Positions 1-9,158 of a stretch of DNA of 64,000 nt are shown here, one piece after another. The stretch comes from an uncultured Verrucomicrobiae bacterium. Its GTDB lineage: Bacteria > Verrucomicrobiota > Verrucomicrobiia > Chthoniobacterales > Chthoniobacteraceae. Both the position numbers and the translations under genes were made by a program. Below the pieces are notes generated by a model. That model made no database searches and was not told the DNA's origin. It saw nothing but the letters and a program-made list of their open reading frames with translations. The DNA lies in contig CAWIKF010000002.1 in NCBI GenBank assembly GCA_963836755.1, forward strand, positions 1-64,000, read 5' to 3'. Position 1 is the stretch's first letter, and every line of letters begins with the position of its first letter.

Positions 1-161
1 TTTTGTTCGCGTTCCTGCTGAGAGAGCTTCTCGGCAGCCGCGAACCATAGTTTAAGGGCGTTGTCCACGGTCTCCACAACATTTTGGTTGGATCTTCCAC
101 CGCACAAGGCCGCAGCAATACGGGAAAGTTCGTAAGGAGTAGGTAATGGCTGCTCATTCAT
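1..161 (-). CDS. Hypothetical protein, runs off the window edge (island cargo)
   Basis: ATG at 161 opens MNEQPLPTPYELSRIAAALCGGRSNQNVVETVDNALKLWFAAAEKLSQQEREQ with no stop before the edge; lies just after the integrase stop. Confidence 0.5.
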   Translation of the reverse strand, partial: MNEQPLPTPYELSRIAAALCGGRSNQNVVETVDNALKLWFAAAEKLSQQEREQ

Positions 162-183
162 AAAGCCTGCGGACTCATCACGG

Positions 184-1432
184 TCACTTTACACCGACTT
201 TCGGAGCGAGCGCAAACCACGCTCGCGCCTCTTGTGGCGTGCATAGCTCGCGATAATGCTGAAATATCATCTTGGGTGAATTACCCGCCTCCAATGCCAA
301 GCGGTTTACATCTTGGATGGCAACGAGGCGATAGGAAATAAAGCTGTGTCGCAAACGCGTTCGCTTTCCAACTAAAGCGCGGAGCTTAGTTGATTTGCGA
401 TTTTCATTGATTCGCTTCACCGTATCCCGCGGACTCAAAGAAAACCACGCCTTGCTGTGCCGCCACACGCGCCCGCTTTGCGCGGGGAATTGGCTGTCAC
501 GTGCGAGATTGGGCGTAATGGGACGAGGCGGCGGGCCGCGGTCTTGGCTTTGTCGGCAGCGATCTCGATGAAGCCGGAGCGGCGCTCCACGTCGGACCAA
601 TCGAGGCGTAGGATTTCCTCCGACCGCAGGCCGGCGAAAGCCGCGACCGCGAGACACGGCTGCAACTCCGCTGAGCAATGCGCGAGAAGTTCGCCCATTT
701 CCGGGGGAGTGAAGATTTCCACCGGCACGACTTTTTCCCGCGTCTTTCCGATGCCCGCGAAAAGATCGGCCTCGCGCGAAAGCTAGCCGCGTTCCTGCGC
801 GAAAGCGAAGAAAGTGCCGACACTCCTGGGCGTGTTGTTGAACCCGCGCGGCGCGAGCCCGAGGCCGTCGAGAAAAGAGCGAAGATGATCGGAGACGATG
901 GCATCGACGTTGCAATGAAACGCCTCCGCCAGCGTGCCAAGACCGATACGGAGGTCCGCGAGGTAGGACGCGCTCACACCTTCTCCGCCTTAGCGGCGAT
1001 CATCTCTGCTACGGCCCCGGCGACGGGCTTCGGACGGATGCCGCGCCCGTGGTGGCGCACGTAGTAGTGCGCGGCCTCCGCGAGGGAGAAGGCCGGCGAG
1101 AACTTTCTTGGCGTCCGCGTATTCCACCGCGGCGGCGTCCAGCGTCACGTCGAGCGTGCGGACGGCCTCCAAATCCCGCCCATAAAGGAGGCGGTCTTTG
1201 TCGGTGATATGAAGCGCGTCGAGGTCGCCTCGCGAGAGCTGCAAAGCTTTGGCGTCGGCTTCCGACTTCGCTTTACCGAAGATTGGAGAAGTTCAACCCG
1301 CATCGCTTCCCGCCCTCGTAGAAGCTCACGCGGAAATAGGTGCCGCTAGCAGTCGTTTTGTCCCGGTAGAATTTCACCACGGAAGACCCGCGGAGGATGG
1401 GCTATTGGGAACTTCTGGGATTTCGTTTTCAT
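184..1432 (-). pseudogene. Tyrosine recombinase/integrase, multiply frameshifted
   Basis: Consecutive fragments in different frames: MKTKSQKFP..., QLSRGDLDALHIT (990-1244), YLADLRIGL...FAFAQERG (783-977), FAGLRSEEILRLDW...KAKT (435-728), LRHSFISYRL...AGNSPKMIFQHYREL (184-~430). R, K, R and Y catalytic motifs are present; adjacent to a tRNA 3' end. Confidence 0.85.
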
Positions 1433-1450
1433 GCGCGAGAGTGCGCGTCT

Positions 1451-1472
1451 ACTGTCCGAAAACTGTCCGAAA
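1451..1472. repeat. Perfect 11-bp tandem direct repeat (ACTGTCCGAAA x2), putative integrase arm-type site
   Basis: Exact repeat between the integrase start and the tRNA-Glu 3' end; the function is inferred from position. Confidence 0.55.
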
Positions 1473-1531
1473 AAGCAATCCTTGAAAAGATAATCTTCTG
1501 CAAGTCGCTCGGCCCAAGCGGATTAAAAAAG

Positions 1532-1604
1532 CGACCCTAACGGGATTCGAACCCGTGTTACTCCCGTGAAAGGGGAGTGTCCTAGGCCACTGGACGATAG
1601 GGTC
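1532..1604 (-). tRNA. tRNA-Glu(TTC), CCA not encoded
   Basis: Reverse complement GACCCTATCGTCCAGTGGCCTAGGACACTCCCCTTTCACGGGAGTAACACGGGTTCGAATCCCGTTAGGGTCG: acceptor stem, TTC anticodon and GTTCGAATC T-loop. Confidence 0.95.
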
Positions 1605-1655
1605 GTTTTTGAAACGAGCCGCGCAATATCTGCAACCGCGCGGCGCTTTGCAAGG

Positions 1656-2966
1656 TCAAACGCCGAGCACTCCGCGCGCGGTGCGTTCGGTCGCGCCGGC
1701 ATGCGCGGCGAGAATGGCGCGGGCGCGTCGCGCCATCTCTTCGCGCGCCGGCGCGTCGCGCAGAAGTCGCGCGATCTCGCTTTTCAGCGCGGCCGCATCG
1801 GCTGCCTGGATGACTGCAGAGCTTGAAAGAAGTTGCGCGACGATGGCGCGAAAGTTTTCCATGTGCGGGCCGAAGATGACGGGCTTCCCCGCAAGGAGCG
1901 GCTCGACCGGATTTTGCCCGCCGGTGGAGTGGAGGCTTTTGCCGATGAAAACGACGGTGGCGAGGTGATACCAATCGCGCAATTCGCCGGTCGTGTTGAC
2001 GATGAGGCAATCGGCGGAAGCGTCTGTGCGAATGTTCGTTCGTAAAACAAACGCCAGTCCCGCGCGCTGGACATCGGCGACGACTTCGCTGGTGCGTTCG
2101 ATGTGACGCGGGACGAGGATTAGAAAGAGCTCAGGAAATTCGGCGCGGAGATCGCGGAAGATTTCCGCGATCGTTTTTTCTTCGCCGGGAAAAGTGCTGC
2201 CGGCCAACAGGATCGGCGCATCGTTTTTGACGCCAAGTTTTTCCAGCAACGCGCGAAACTCCTCAACCCGGCCCGCATTTCCCGCAGCGCCAGCCTCGTC
2301 GAATTTAATGCTGCCGGTGACACGAATCTTTTCCTTCACAGCGCCGAGCCGAGCCCAGCGCACCGCGTCCTCGGGCTCCTGCACACAAACAAGATCGAGC
2401 GCGGCAAAAACTGGCGCAGTGAAGAAACGGAACCGCTCGAAGCGCGCCGCCGACCGCGGCGAGAGACGCGCGACGAGCGAGACGAAAGCTCCGCGCCGAC
2501 GCGCCCCGGCCAGCAGATTCGGCCAAAGCGCCTCGATGAAAATCAACCGCTGCGGCCGGATGAGCGCGAGCGCGCGGCGGACGAATGGAGGAGCGTCGAG
2601 CGGGTTGTAGATCGGCTCCAGCCAATCAGCGGCCGATTTTTCCGCGAGTGCAAATCCAGTCGAGGTCGTCACCGAGAGCACGATGTTCAGCGAGGGATCG
2701 AGCTCTTTCATTTTGCGCGCGAGTCTCACTGCGAGCAAAGTTTCGCCGACGCTGATGGAGTGAATCCACGTCCACTCCCGCGACGAGAGGCGCGCGCGCA
2801 CGTCGGCGTCGTAGCGCCCGAAGCGCTGGCCAAATTTCCGGCGATACTCTCCGCGCCGCAGCATGCGCTTGAGCAAGCTGGGAAGCATGAAAACAAGCGC
2901 GAAAGGAAAACAAATATTGTAAAACGCGAGGCGCCTGCGCAGACCGGCGGGAAGCGGTCTTTTCAT
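1656..2966 (-). CDS. waaA: 3-deoxy-D-manno-octulosonic acid (Kdo) transferase
   Basis: WIHSISVGE, LVPRHIER, NTTGEL and GGQNPVEP...GPHMENF motifs. Confidence 0.9.
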   Translation of the reverse strand: MKRPLPAGLRRRLAFYNICFPFALVFMLPSLLKRMLRRGEYRRKFGQRFGRYDADVRARLSSREWTWIHSISVGETLLAVRLARKMKELDPSLNIVLSVTTSTGFALAEKSAADWLEPIYNPLDAPPFVRRALALIRPQRLIFIEALWPNLLAGARRRGAFVSLVARLSPRSAARFERFRFFTAPVFAALDLVCVQEPEDAVRWARLGAVKEKIRVTGSIKFDEAGAAGNAGRVEEFRALLEKLGVKNDAPILLAGSTFPGEEKTIAEIFRDLRAEFPELFLILVPRHIERTSEVVADVQRAGLAFVLRTNIRTDASADCLIVNTTGELRDWYHLATVVFIGKSLHSTGGQNPVEPLLAGKPVIFGPHMENFRAIVAQLLSSSAVIQAADAAALKSEIARLLRDAPAREEMARRARAILAAHAGATERTARGVLGV

Positions 2967-3526
2967 TCGGCCGATTCCGCCCGCCGCAAGAACGCGACTT
3001 CAGTCGCGCCGTAGCGCTTTTCGCGCAGCAATTTCCAGCGATTTCCCAATGCGAGCGCGCTGCCGGGCAGTTTTTCCAGAACGAAAATCCCGTCGGCAGA
3101 CAAGGCGCGTGCGAGCGGCGCGGAAGCGAGCAGCTCCGGCGTAAAATCGCGCTCGCCCGCTTTTTTCGCATACGGCGGATCGGCAAGGATGATTTCAAAA
3201 CTCTCCGCTTCAGCAAAGCGATCGAGAAAGGAAAAGACCTCGCATTGCTGCACGCGGCCGGTGAAATGCGTGTGCAGCAGATTTTTCGAGATCGTCTCCA
3301 CTGCCGCGGGATCTTTTTCGACAAAGGTCACAGCAGCCGCGCCGCGACTCAGCGCTTCGATTCCGAGCGAGCCCGAACCTGCGAAAAGATCGAGCACGCG
3401 CGCTCCCGGAACAAGATTCCCCAAGCTGGAAAAAATCGCAGCTTTCACCCGATCCATCGTCGGCCGGATATCCGTCCTTGGAACCTGCAGCTGCAATCCG
3501 CCCGCAGTGCCAGCCACCACTCTCAT
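2963..3526 (-). CDS. rsmD: 16S rRNA m2G966 methyltransferase
   Basis: MRVVAG...IRPTMDRVKAAIF, LDLFAGSGSLGIEALSRGA and DPPY motifs. Confidence 0.92.
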   Translation of the reverse strand: MRVVAGTAGGLQLQVPRTDIRPTMDRVKAAIFSSLGNLVPGARVLDLFAGSGSLGIEALSRGAAAVTFVEKDPAAVETISKNLLHTHFTGRVQQCEVFSFLDRFAEAESFEIILADPPYAKKAGERDFTPELLASAPLARALSADGIFVLEKLPGSALALGNRWKLLREKRYGATEVAFLRRAESAE

Positions 3527-3604
3527 CGTCCGAAAATCTCCAGGCGAAGATCATCGAAGGCCGTGGTCAGGTTCAATCGCAGGAAAGAAGATGAAAATGT
3601 TGCG

Positions 3605-5116
3605 CTATTCGCCTTCTTCGGCGCTGACGCCACCACCGCTGCCCTCATCGGTTTCGTCATCGGGCGTGGCAACCTTATCGAGGTTGAACTGCAAGCGCTG
3701 AAAGGCATCCGGCGAGAAGGTCGCGCTGCCGAAATTCGGGCTGGTGGCGGCAACTTTTTTCTCATCCCATGCATTCAGCTCCATCGTCACGCTGCCGCGA
3801 TCTGCAAAGAAGGCACGCATGGCAGTGGGGCTCGGCTTGGGCTTGTCAGTGCCGACATTGGACATATTGATTTGCTCAACGCGATCGATCGGGATCGAAA
3901 GGTCTGCGTAAGACGAAGCGAATGTAGCTTTGCCACCTTCGATGCTTTTTAGTTTGCCAGATACTCTGTCTTGATTTTGTAGCTTGATGCTATCTTCCTT
4001 CGACTTCGCGGAAGTGCTGGTCGCATCGTCCATTTTACCATCCCAAGTCGCTACTTTGATGTTGCTAATCCTGGCATAAGAACCGGGCTGACTTTGAAAG
4101 ATCAAAGTCTTTCCGGTGCCGACAAACTCCCCTGGATCAGTCCATTGCTTTACGACGGTCCCATCGACGAGAAGCCAAAGGCTTTTCGTCTCTTTATTGA
4201 CGCGGATACCTACATGCATTTTCTCGCGGCGCATGACGTTTCTCAGCTGCGCGGAATCGCCGAGGTTATTCGAGCCACCATCGCGTGAGTAGCGCTGGAG
4301 GTAGACGTTGTTGCTGTTGATTTGGAACATGTAGCAGTTGCTGATGCTATCAACTCTATCTGAGTATAGAAATATTCCGAACTGTGAGTTGCCGCGCCAG
4401 ACAAGGTCAAAGTCGATGCTGGCCGTTCCCGGTAGCTTGACATCGCGCCCGATGGTTCCGTAGTTGCTTCCGATCAATGTGCCGTCGCGATAGGCCCAGC
4501 TTTTCGAGCCGCCGCCGCGATTGCCAAGCACCCATCCTTCCATGCTCGTAGGTCCTTCATAAAGAACGCAGGCAGGCGCGCGCAACGGCGTGATGTTCAC
4601 AATCATCGCTCGCGGAATGGTAAGCTGTCCCGCATACCATGTGTTGAGGAGAAGCTGCTTGTCATCGAGCGAAACCACGTCGCCGGGCAGTTCATCTCCA
4701 TTAGTTAGAGCCAGCATGAAGGTAGGTGGCTTTGCGCTCGCTGGCGGCTTGTGAGAATCAAGTTTGATGCTGGAGAGCATGCCGGTTTGGAAAACCATCG
4801 GATCCTTTGCGGCGACGCTTTTCCAGTGGATGCCGCTGCTCTTGTCATAGGAAAGTAAATAACCGTGCAGCTTGTCGTTGTTTGTAAAAAGCAAAGTATC
4901 CGACGCTGGCGCATGAGTCTCATCTGCGTGCTCCGTCGTGTCGCGCGGCTTTGGCACCGCGATTCGCCGGCCGGGAATTTGCTGATCGGAAGGCGAGACA
5001 TCGAGAACGATCTCCGCGCGAGCTTGAGCGAGACCTATACCGACAAGGAAAGTCAGCAAAGCCAGCCTGAGTTTAAAGAAAGGATAGATCCGGGGCGAAA
5101 GAAGGTTAGCGTTCAT
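3605..5116 (-). CDS. Secreted hypothetical protein, last gene of the MoxR operon
   Basis: Signal peptide (AQARA); repeated small beta-barrel-like modules (LTNGDELPG, LQNQDRVSG) around a lectin-like core; overlaps the upstream gene. Confidence 0.75.
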   Translation of the reverse strand: MNANLLSPRIYPFFKLRLALLTFLVGIGLAQARAEIVLDVSPSDQQIPGRRIAVPKPRDTTEHADETHAPASDTLLFTNNDKLHGYLLSYDKSSGIHWKSVAAKDPMVFQTGMLSSIKLDSHKPPASAKPPTFMLALTNGDELPGDVVSLDDKQLLLNTWYAGQLTIPRAMIVNITPLRAPACVLYEGPTSMEGWVLGNRGGGSKSWAYRDGTLIGSNYGTIGRDVKLPGTASIDFDLVWRGNSQFGIFLYSDRVDSISNCYMFQINSNNVYLQRYSRDGGSNNLGDSAQLRNVMRREKMHVGIRVNKETKSLWLLVDGTVVKQWTDPGEFVGTGKTLIFQSQPGSYARISNIKVATWDGKMDDATSTSAKSKEDSIKLQNQDRVSGKLKSIEGGKATFASSYADLSIPIDRVEQINMSNVGTDKPKPSPTAMRAFFADRGSVTMELNAWDEKKVAATSPNFGSATFSPDAFQRLQFNLDKVATPDDETDEGSGGGVSAEEGE

Positions 5117-6095
5117 AGATGGGCAAAAGGCGGTAGTTTAATGCAAGTGAAAGTAGGGATGAGCAAGTTCCGAAAGCAGAACCGAATTGTCCGGTCCAGC
5201 TCCCATCATCGCTTTGAGAATTCGTCAGCGTCTTGATGTTCGCCCCATTCCATGGATCAAAGAACTTCGGACCGGCGCGGAAGAAAGCCTGCGCGGCATA
5301 GTAAAGGTAATACTGGAAGTAAGTCTCATTGTCCCCGCCATTGTCCTGGAGAAATTTCACCGCCATTCGGAATGGAGCGGACTTCTGTTGCTTGTCGAGC
5401 GAGAGGACTACGACTCCTATCGCCGTCTTCGCGCCATTTCCCCCACCGGCGCTGGTGTAGCCGATTCCACCGTCGTCGCCTTGACAGCTTACAAAAAACT
5501 TCAGCGCCTTTTTGATCGCTTCCTCCGGCACACCTATGCCGGCATTGCGAGCGGCAAAGAGCGCTACCATCTGCGCGCCGCTGACTGTCGTGTCGGCGTC
5601 ATAGCTCTCGGGCGAGTAGCGCCAGGCAAAGTTCGGATTGTGTGCTTGCGAAGTCAGGATCATGTCGACCGCCTTCTGCAACGCCGGCCCGATGCGCGGA
5701 TCCTGCACCGCCCCATAGCTCTCTGCCAGCGCCAAAGTCGCGAAGCCATGATTATACATTGTCGACCCGATGTAGCCGGTTTTCTCGTTTTGGTTCTTTA
5801 AGATGAAATCGATCCCGCGCTGCACCGTCACGCGATACGGACCAAAGTTCGGATCTTCACCATGCGCGAGGATGCTCAGCACGCAAAGGCCGACCACCGC
5901 CGGCTCAGTCCCATATTGATTTGGCCACGACCCGTCGGACTGCTGCGTTTTCACCAAATACTGCAGCCCTTTCATATAAACGCGGTCAAGGTCCGGCGAG
6001 ATCACATCCTCGTTTTGGCTGAACAAAGTCTGTGCCCGGAGGGGATTCGTGTGAGCAACCGCGCACAACATTAGTGCAAAGAGTTTTGCCTTCAT
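5106..6095 (-). CDS. Secreted prenyltransferase/squalene-cyclase-repeat (alpha/alpha toroid) protein
   Basis: QW-type repeats (QQSDGSW, SQSDDGSW, CQGDDGGIGY), MYNHGFATLALAE motif and a signal peptide. Confidence 0.85.
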   Translation of the reverse strand: MKAKLFALMLCAVAHTNPLRAQTLFSQNEDVISPDLDRVYMKGLQYLVKTQQSDGSWPNQYGTEPAVVGLCVLSILAHGEDPNFGPYRVTVQRGIDFILKNQNEKTGYIGSTMYNHGFATLALAESYGAVQDPRIGPALQKAVDMILTSQAHNPNFAWRYSPESYDADTTVSGAQMVALFAARNAGIGVPEEAIKKALKFFVSCQGDDGGIGYTSAGGGNGAKTAIGVVVLSLDKQQKSAPFRMAVKFLQDNGGDNETYFQYYLYYAAQAFFRAGPKFFDPWNGANIKTLTNSQSDDGSWTGQFGSAFGTCSSLLSLALNYRLLPIYER

Positions 6096-9000
6096 GGCTT
6101 GCTCCCCTCCTGCTCGATCGCGCGCTGATAGTTCTCGATTGCCTCGCGAAATTCCGCCGGAACCGGCGCGCCCGTGATTCCGCTCGCCTGCACGACCCGG
6201 TGCGTGTCCGGCCGCGAGCTAGCGCGCGTGCCGGGAACGACGATATTCGGGCGATCGGTATCGCCACCAGCCGTGTTGCCGCCGGGCGTCTTGCCCATGC
6301 CCATCATCCGCATCAAGCCCGCCATCGCCTTTGAATTTTTTCCCGATTTCTGGCTCTCCGACATGATGATTTCGTCGAGCAAATCGATCGCATCGGTTTC
6401 AGCGGCGACCGTCGGCGCGCCCGTCTCCGGCTTGATTAATAAAGCGCTCGCGTCACCCATCGCCTGCCCGATTGGCGCGAGCGTTTCCGGCGGCACTGGA
6501 AAAGTCGGATCGGCCTGCAGTTGATCCACGCCAGTCTTCACGCCCGTTTGCGCGAGCGCCGTGCCTTCCGCCTCCATGTCGTAGCGCGGATTGCTTTCCT
6601 TCTGCTGCTCCAGCGCGCCCGTCCGGTCGCGCAGCGCCGCCTCCGATTGCCGTAACCGCATCAGCGCGAGCATCGCCTTCATGTCCGGCTCGCCCTCGCC
6701 TTCGCCGCTGCCGGATTTCGAGTCGTCTTTTTCGCTCAACCGATCCGCCCATTGGTTAAAACGTTTGCTCCATTCGGCGGCACCTTGCATCGCCCGCACC
6801 GTCACATTTTTCTGAATGAGCTGGCCGAGCTTTTCCAGCCCTTCATCAGTTTTCGCCTTGTCCATCTCATTCGCGACATCACCGAAACGCTCCAGCTTCG
6901 TCCGCTCAAAAAGCCGTCCGATTTCCATTTGCAATTCCCGCGAATCTTCACGCAAGGCCGCGTGCAAATCGGTCATCCGCTCGACCGTTTCCTTCGGCTC
7001 CGCCACGATCTCGATGCTGCGCACGAGATCGAAAGTCGTCGCAAAAGGACGCTGCAGCAATTGCTCCGGTTTCATTCCGATTGTCTCCGGCAAAATTTTT
7101 TGAAAATCATCGACGATTCCTTTTTCCTGGCCTGCGATTTTTCTCAGCCGCATCGCGAGATTTTGCGTCATTAATTTCTCGAGACTTTTGTCCGCGCCCT
7201 TTTGCATCTCATGCAACTTTTTTAAAATTTCCGATTCCTGCGCGACCGCCTGGTCGAGCTTTGGCGCGCGGTCATTCGCATCACTTTTTGCCGAGTCGAG
7301 CGACTGCGCGGCGGCCGGCATTTCCTGCTGCGAGAGCGATTGCATCGCCGCCGCGTGCTGCGCCCATTCCTGCAAAGTGGATTGCGAAATATTTTGATTT
7401 CGCATCGCTTCGCGCATCGTCTCCGCCGTTTTTTGCGCGAGTTGCCGCAGTTGCTCCGCGGTTTCCTTTTGCTCCGCTGCCTGCTCCGCCAACTTTTTTT
7501 CCGACGACGAATCGGCAAGTTTTTGCGGCGTTTGCGCGCGCACATTTTTCCCGCCTTCAAGCAGCGCTTCCTGCCGCCGCGTCAACTCCTCGAGCTGCTC
7601 CATGATTTTTTCCAATTGCTCCTGAATCAAGCGCGCATGCGCCTCGCGGCTGAGCACGTAAATTTGATGCACCTCGGAAAGTGACTCGGCGCGCTGCGGA
7701 AAATGGTCGGTCACTGTCGCGCAAAAAGTGACGTTCGTATCCGCGGGAATGTGCAGCAACGCTGGGCTGAAGTCGTAGCGCGTCGTCAAATTCCGATCCT
7801 GCGCGCGACCGAATGCGAGCGTGTGCTCGACCGGCGCTGATGCAAGTTGCTTGCCGTGGCCCGGAGTCGTCAGCCAGCGCACGCCGACATTGCAAATTCC
7901 GTAATCATCGGCCGCCGCGATGTCGATGTGAACGACTTCTTCTTCCAAGATCGCGATCGCGCCCGCGAGTCCGCGGCACTCGACCTGCGGCTCCGCATCT
8001 TCTTTTTCCTGAAGCCGAATGATCGCCGGCGCGGCGGATGCGAGCCCGAGTTTGTCTTTCCACGTGAAGCTCAGTTGCGAAGCGCCTTCCGGCAGCATCG
8101 GCTGCGTGAAAAAAGTTGCGCCATCGATGCGAAGCGGCTGCGCGCCGATGCTCGCGCGATCAAGCGCGCGCGTGGTTTCGCCGGAAAAACTGACGCGGCT
8201 TCCTTTCAAAAAAATGAGCGAGCCGCGATCGATTTTTTCCTCGAGCTTCGGATATTCCAGATACGCCGGCATCTCGATGCGCGCGGTGAGTTGCTTGATC
8301 TCGGGACGAAACTCCGGCTCGATGCGGATCGAGCGTTTGATGTCGCCCGCGCGAAAAGTCAGCGCGCCCGGCTGCGTCTGGCCGGCGATTGAAAAGACGG
8401 CCGAGCCGTGGCGAACCGGCGCGGTGAGCAGCGCCTGTTTTTCAAACTGCGCCGTCATTTCCGTGGGCCGCAAAAACGAATGCGCCGCGACGCCGACCTC
8501 GATTTCAAAGGGTTCGCCGTGCGCGACCACGAGATGATCGGGAAGATTTTCGAGGCTGACAAAAGTGTAGCGCGCGATGTGAAAAGTCGGCATCGCCCAG
8601 CGCCAAAGCGCATTCCAGCCTGCTTGCGGAGCGATGATGCAAAATGCAGCGGCGAGCGCGATCGCCGCGAGCGACGCGAGAAAATATTGTCGCGGACGCT
8701 TCGTTCCGACCGCCTGGCGAAAATCAACTTTTGCCGCTTCGCTCGCGACCTGCCCAATCGCGGCCTGGCACAACGCGGGCGAAAAGTTTGCCGGACGTCG
8801 TTTTTCATCCGCCAGCTCGACAATTCCCAGCAGCCGATCGCCGAGCCGACGGTAACGTTTTTGCACCAAAGTCGCGAGCGCCGGAAAAGTGCGCGAGCCC
8901 CAAATCCATCGCCGGCCGTAGCCAAGAATGAAGGCGAAAAAGGCGACCACGCCGCCGCCTGTGAAAATGACGCGAAGCCATTGCGGCGTGTCCCAGAGCC

Positions 9001-9148
9001 GATCCGAGACGAAAATGAGCGCGTAGGAAAGCAGCAGCGCGCACGCGCAGCCGCACAGCGCGACGATCGTGTCGAACCGCCAGAGCCGCCGTTCGAGTTG
9101 ATCGAACTGCTGGCGCAAACCTTCGGGAATGGCGAGTGAGCTGTTCAT
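6092..9148 (-). CDS. Large membrane-anchored coiled-coil protein (DUF4175-like)
   Basis: N-terminal TM helices, Ig-like middle with AADDYG motif, long Q/E/A-rich coiled coil and VPAEFREAIENY C-terminus. Confidence 0.75.
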   Translation of the reverse strand: MNSSLAIPEGLRQQFDQLERRLWRFDTIVALCGCACALLLSYALIFVSDRLWDTPQWLRVIFTGGGVVAFFAFILGYGRRWIWGSRTFPALATLVQKRYRRLGDRLLGIVELADEKRRPANFSPALCQAAIGQVASEAAKVDFRQAVGTKRPRQYFLASLAAIALAAAFCIIAPQAGWNALWRWAMPTFHIARYTFVSLENLPDHLVVAHGEPFEIEVGVAAHSFLRPTEMTAQFEKQALLTAPVRHGSAVFSIAGQTQPGALTFRAGDIKRSIRIEPEFRPEIKQLTARIEMPAYLEYPKLEEKIDRGSLIFLKGSRVSFSGETTRALDRASIGAQPLRIDGATFFTQPMLPEGASQLSFTWKDKLGLASAAPAIIRLQEKEDAEPQVECRGLAGAIAILEEEVVHIDIAAADDYGICNVGVRWLTTPGHGKQLASAPVEHTLAFGRAQDRNLTTRYDFSPALLHIPADTNVTFCATVTDHFPQRAESLSEVHQIYVLSREAHARLIQEQLEKIMEQLEELTRRQEALLEGGKNVRAQTPQKLADSSSEKKLAEQAAEQKETAEQLRQLAQKTAETMREAMRNQNISQSTLQEWAQHAAAMQSLSQQEMPAAAQSLDSAKSDANDRAPKLDQAVAQESEILKKLHEMQKGADKSLEKLMTQNLAMRLRKIAGQEKGIVDDFQKILPETIGMKPEQLLQRPFATTFDLVRSIEIVAEPKETVERMTDLHAALREDSRELQMEIGRLFERTKLERFGDVANEMDKAKTDEGLEKLGQLIQKNVTVRAMQGAAEWSKRFNQWADRLSEKDDSKSGSGEGEGEPDMKAMLALMRLRQSEAALRDRTGALEQQKESNPRYDMEAEGTALAQTGVKTGVDQLQADPTFPVPPETLAPIGQAMGDASALLIKPETGAPTVAAETDAIDLLDEIIMSESQKSGKNSKAMAGLMRMMGMGKTPGGNTAGGDTDRPNIVVPGTRASSRPDTHRVVQASGITGAPVPAEFREAIENYQRAIEQEGSKP

Positions 9149-9158
9149 GCCGCGCGCG

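Noticed and set aside
5106..6095. Squalene-hopene cyclase supplying the carotenoid or hopanoid pathway
   Set aside because: Only 329 aa, secreted, and lacking the DXDD catalytic motif; typical of MoxR-operon toroid proteins.
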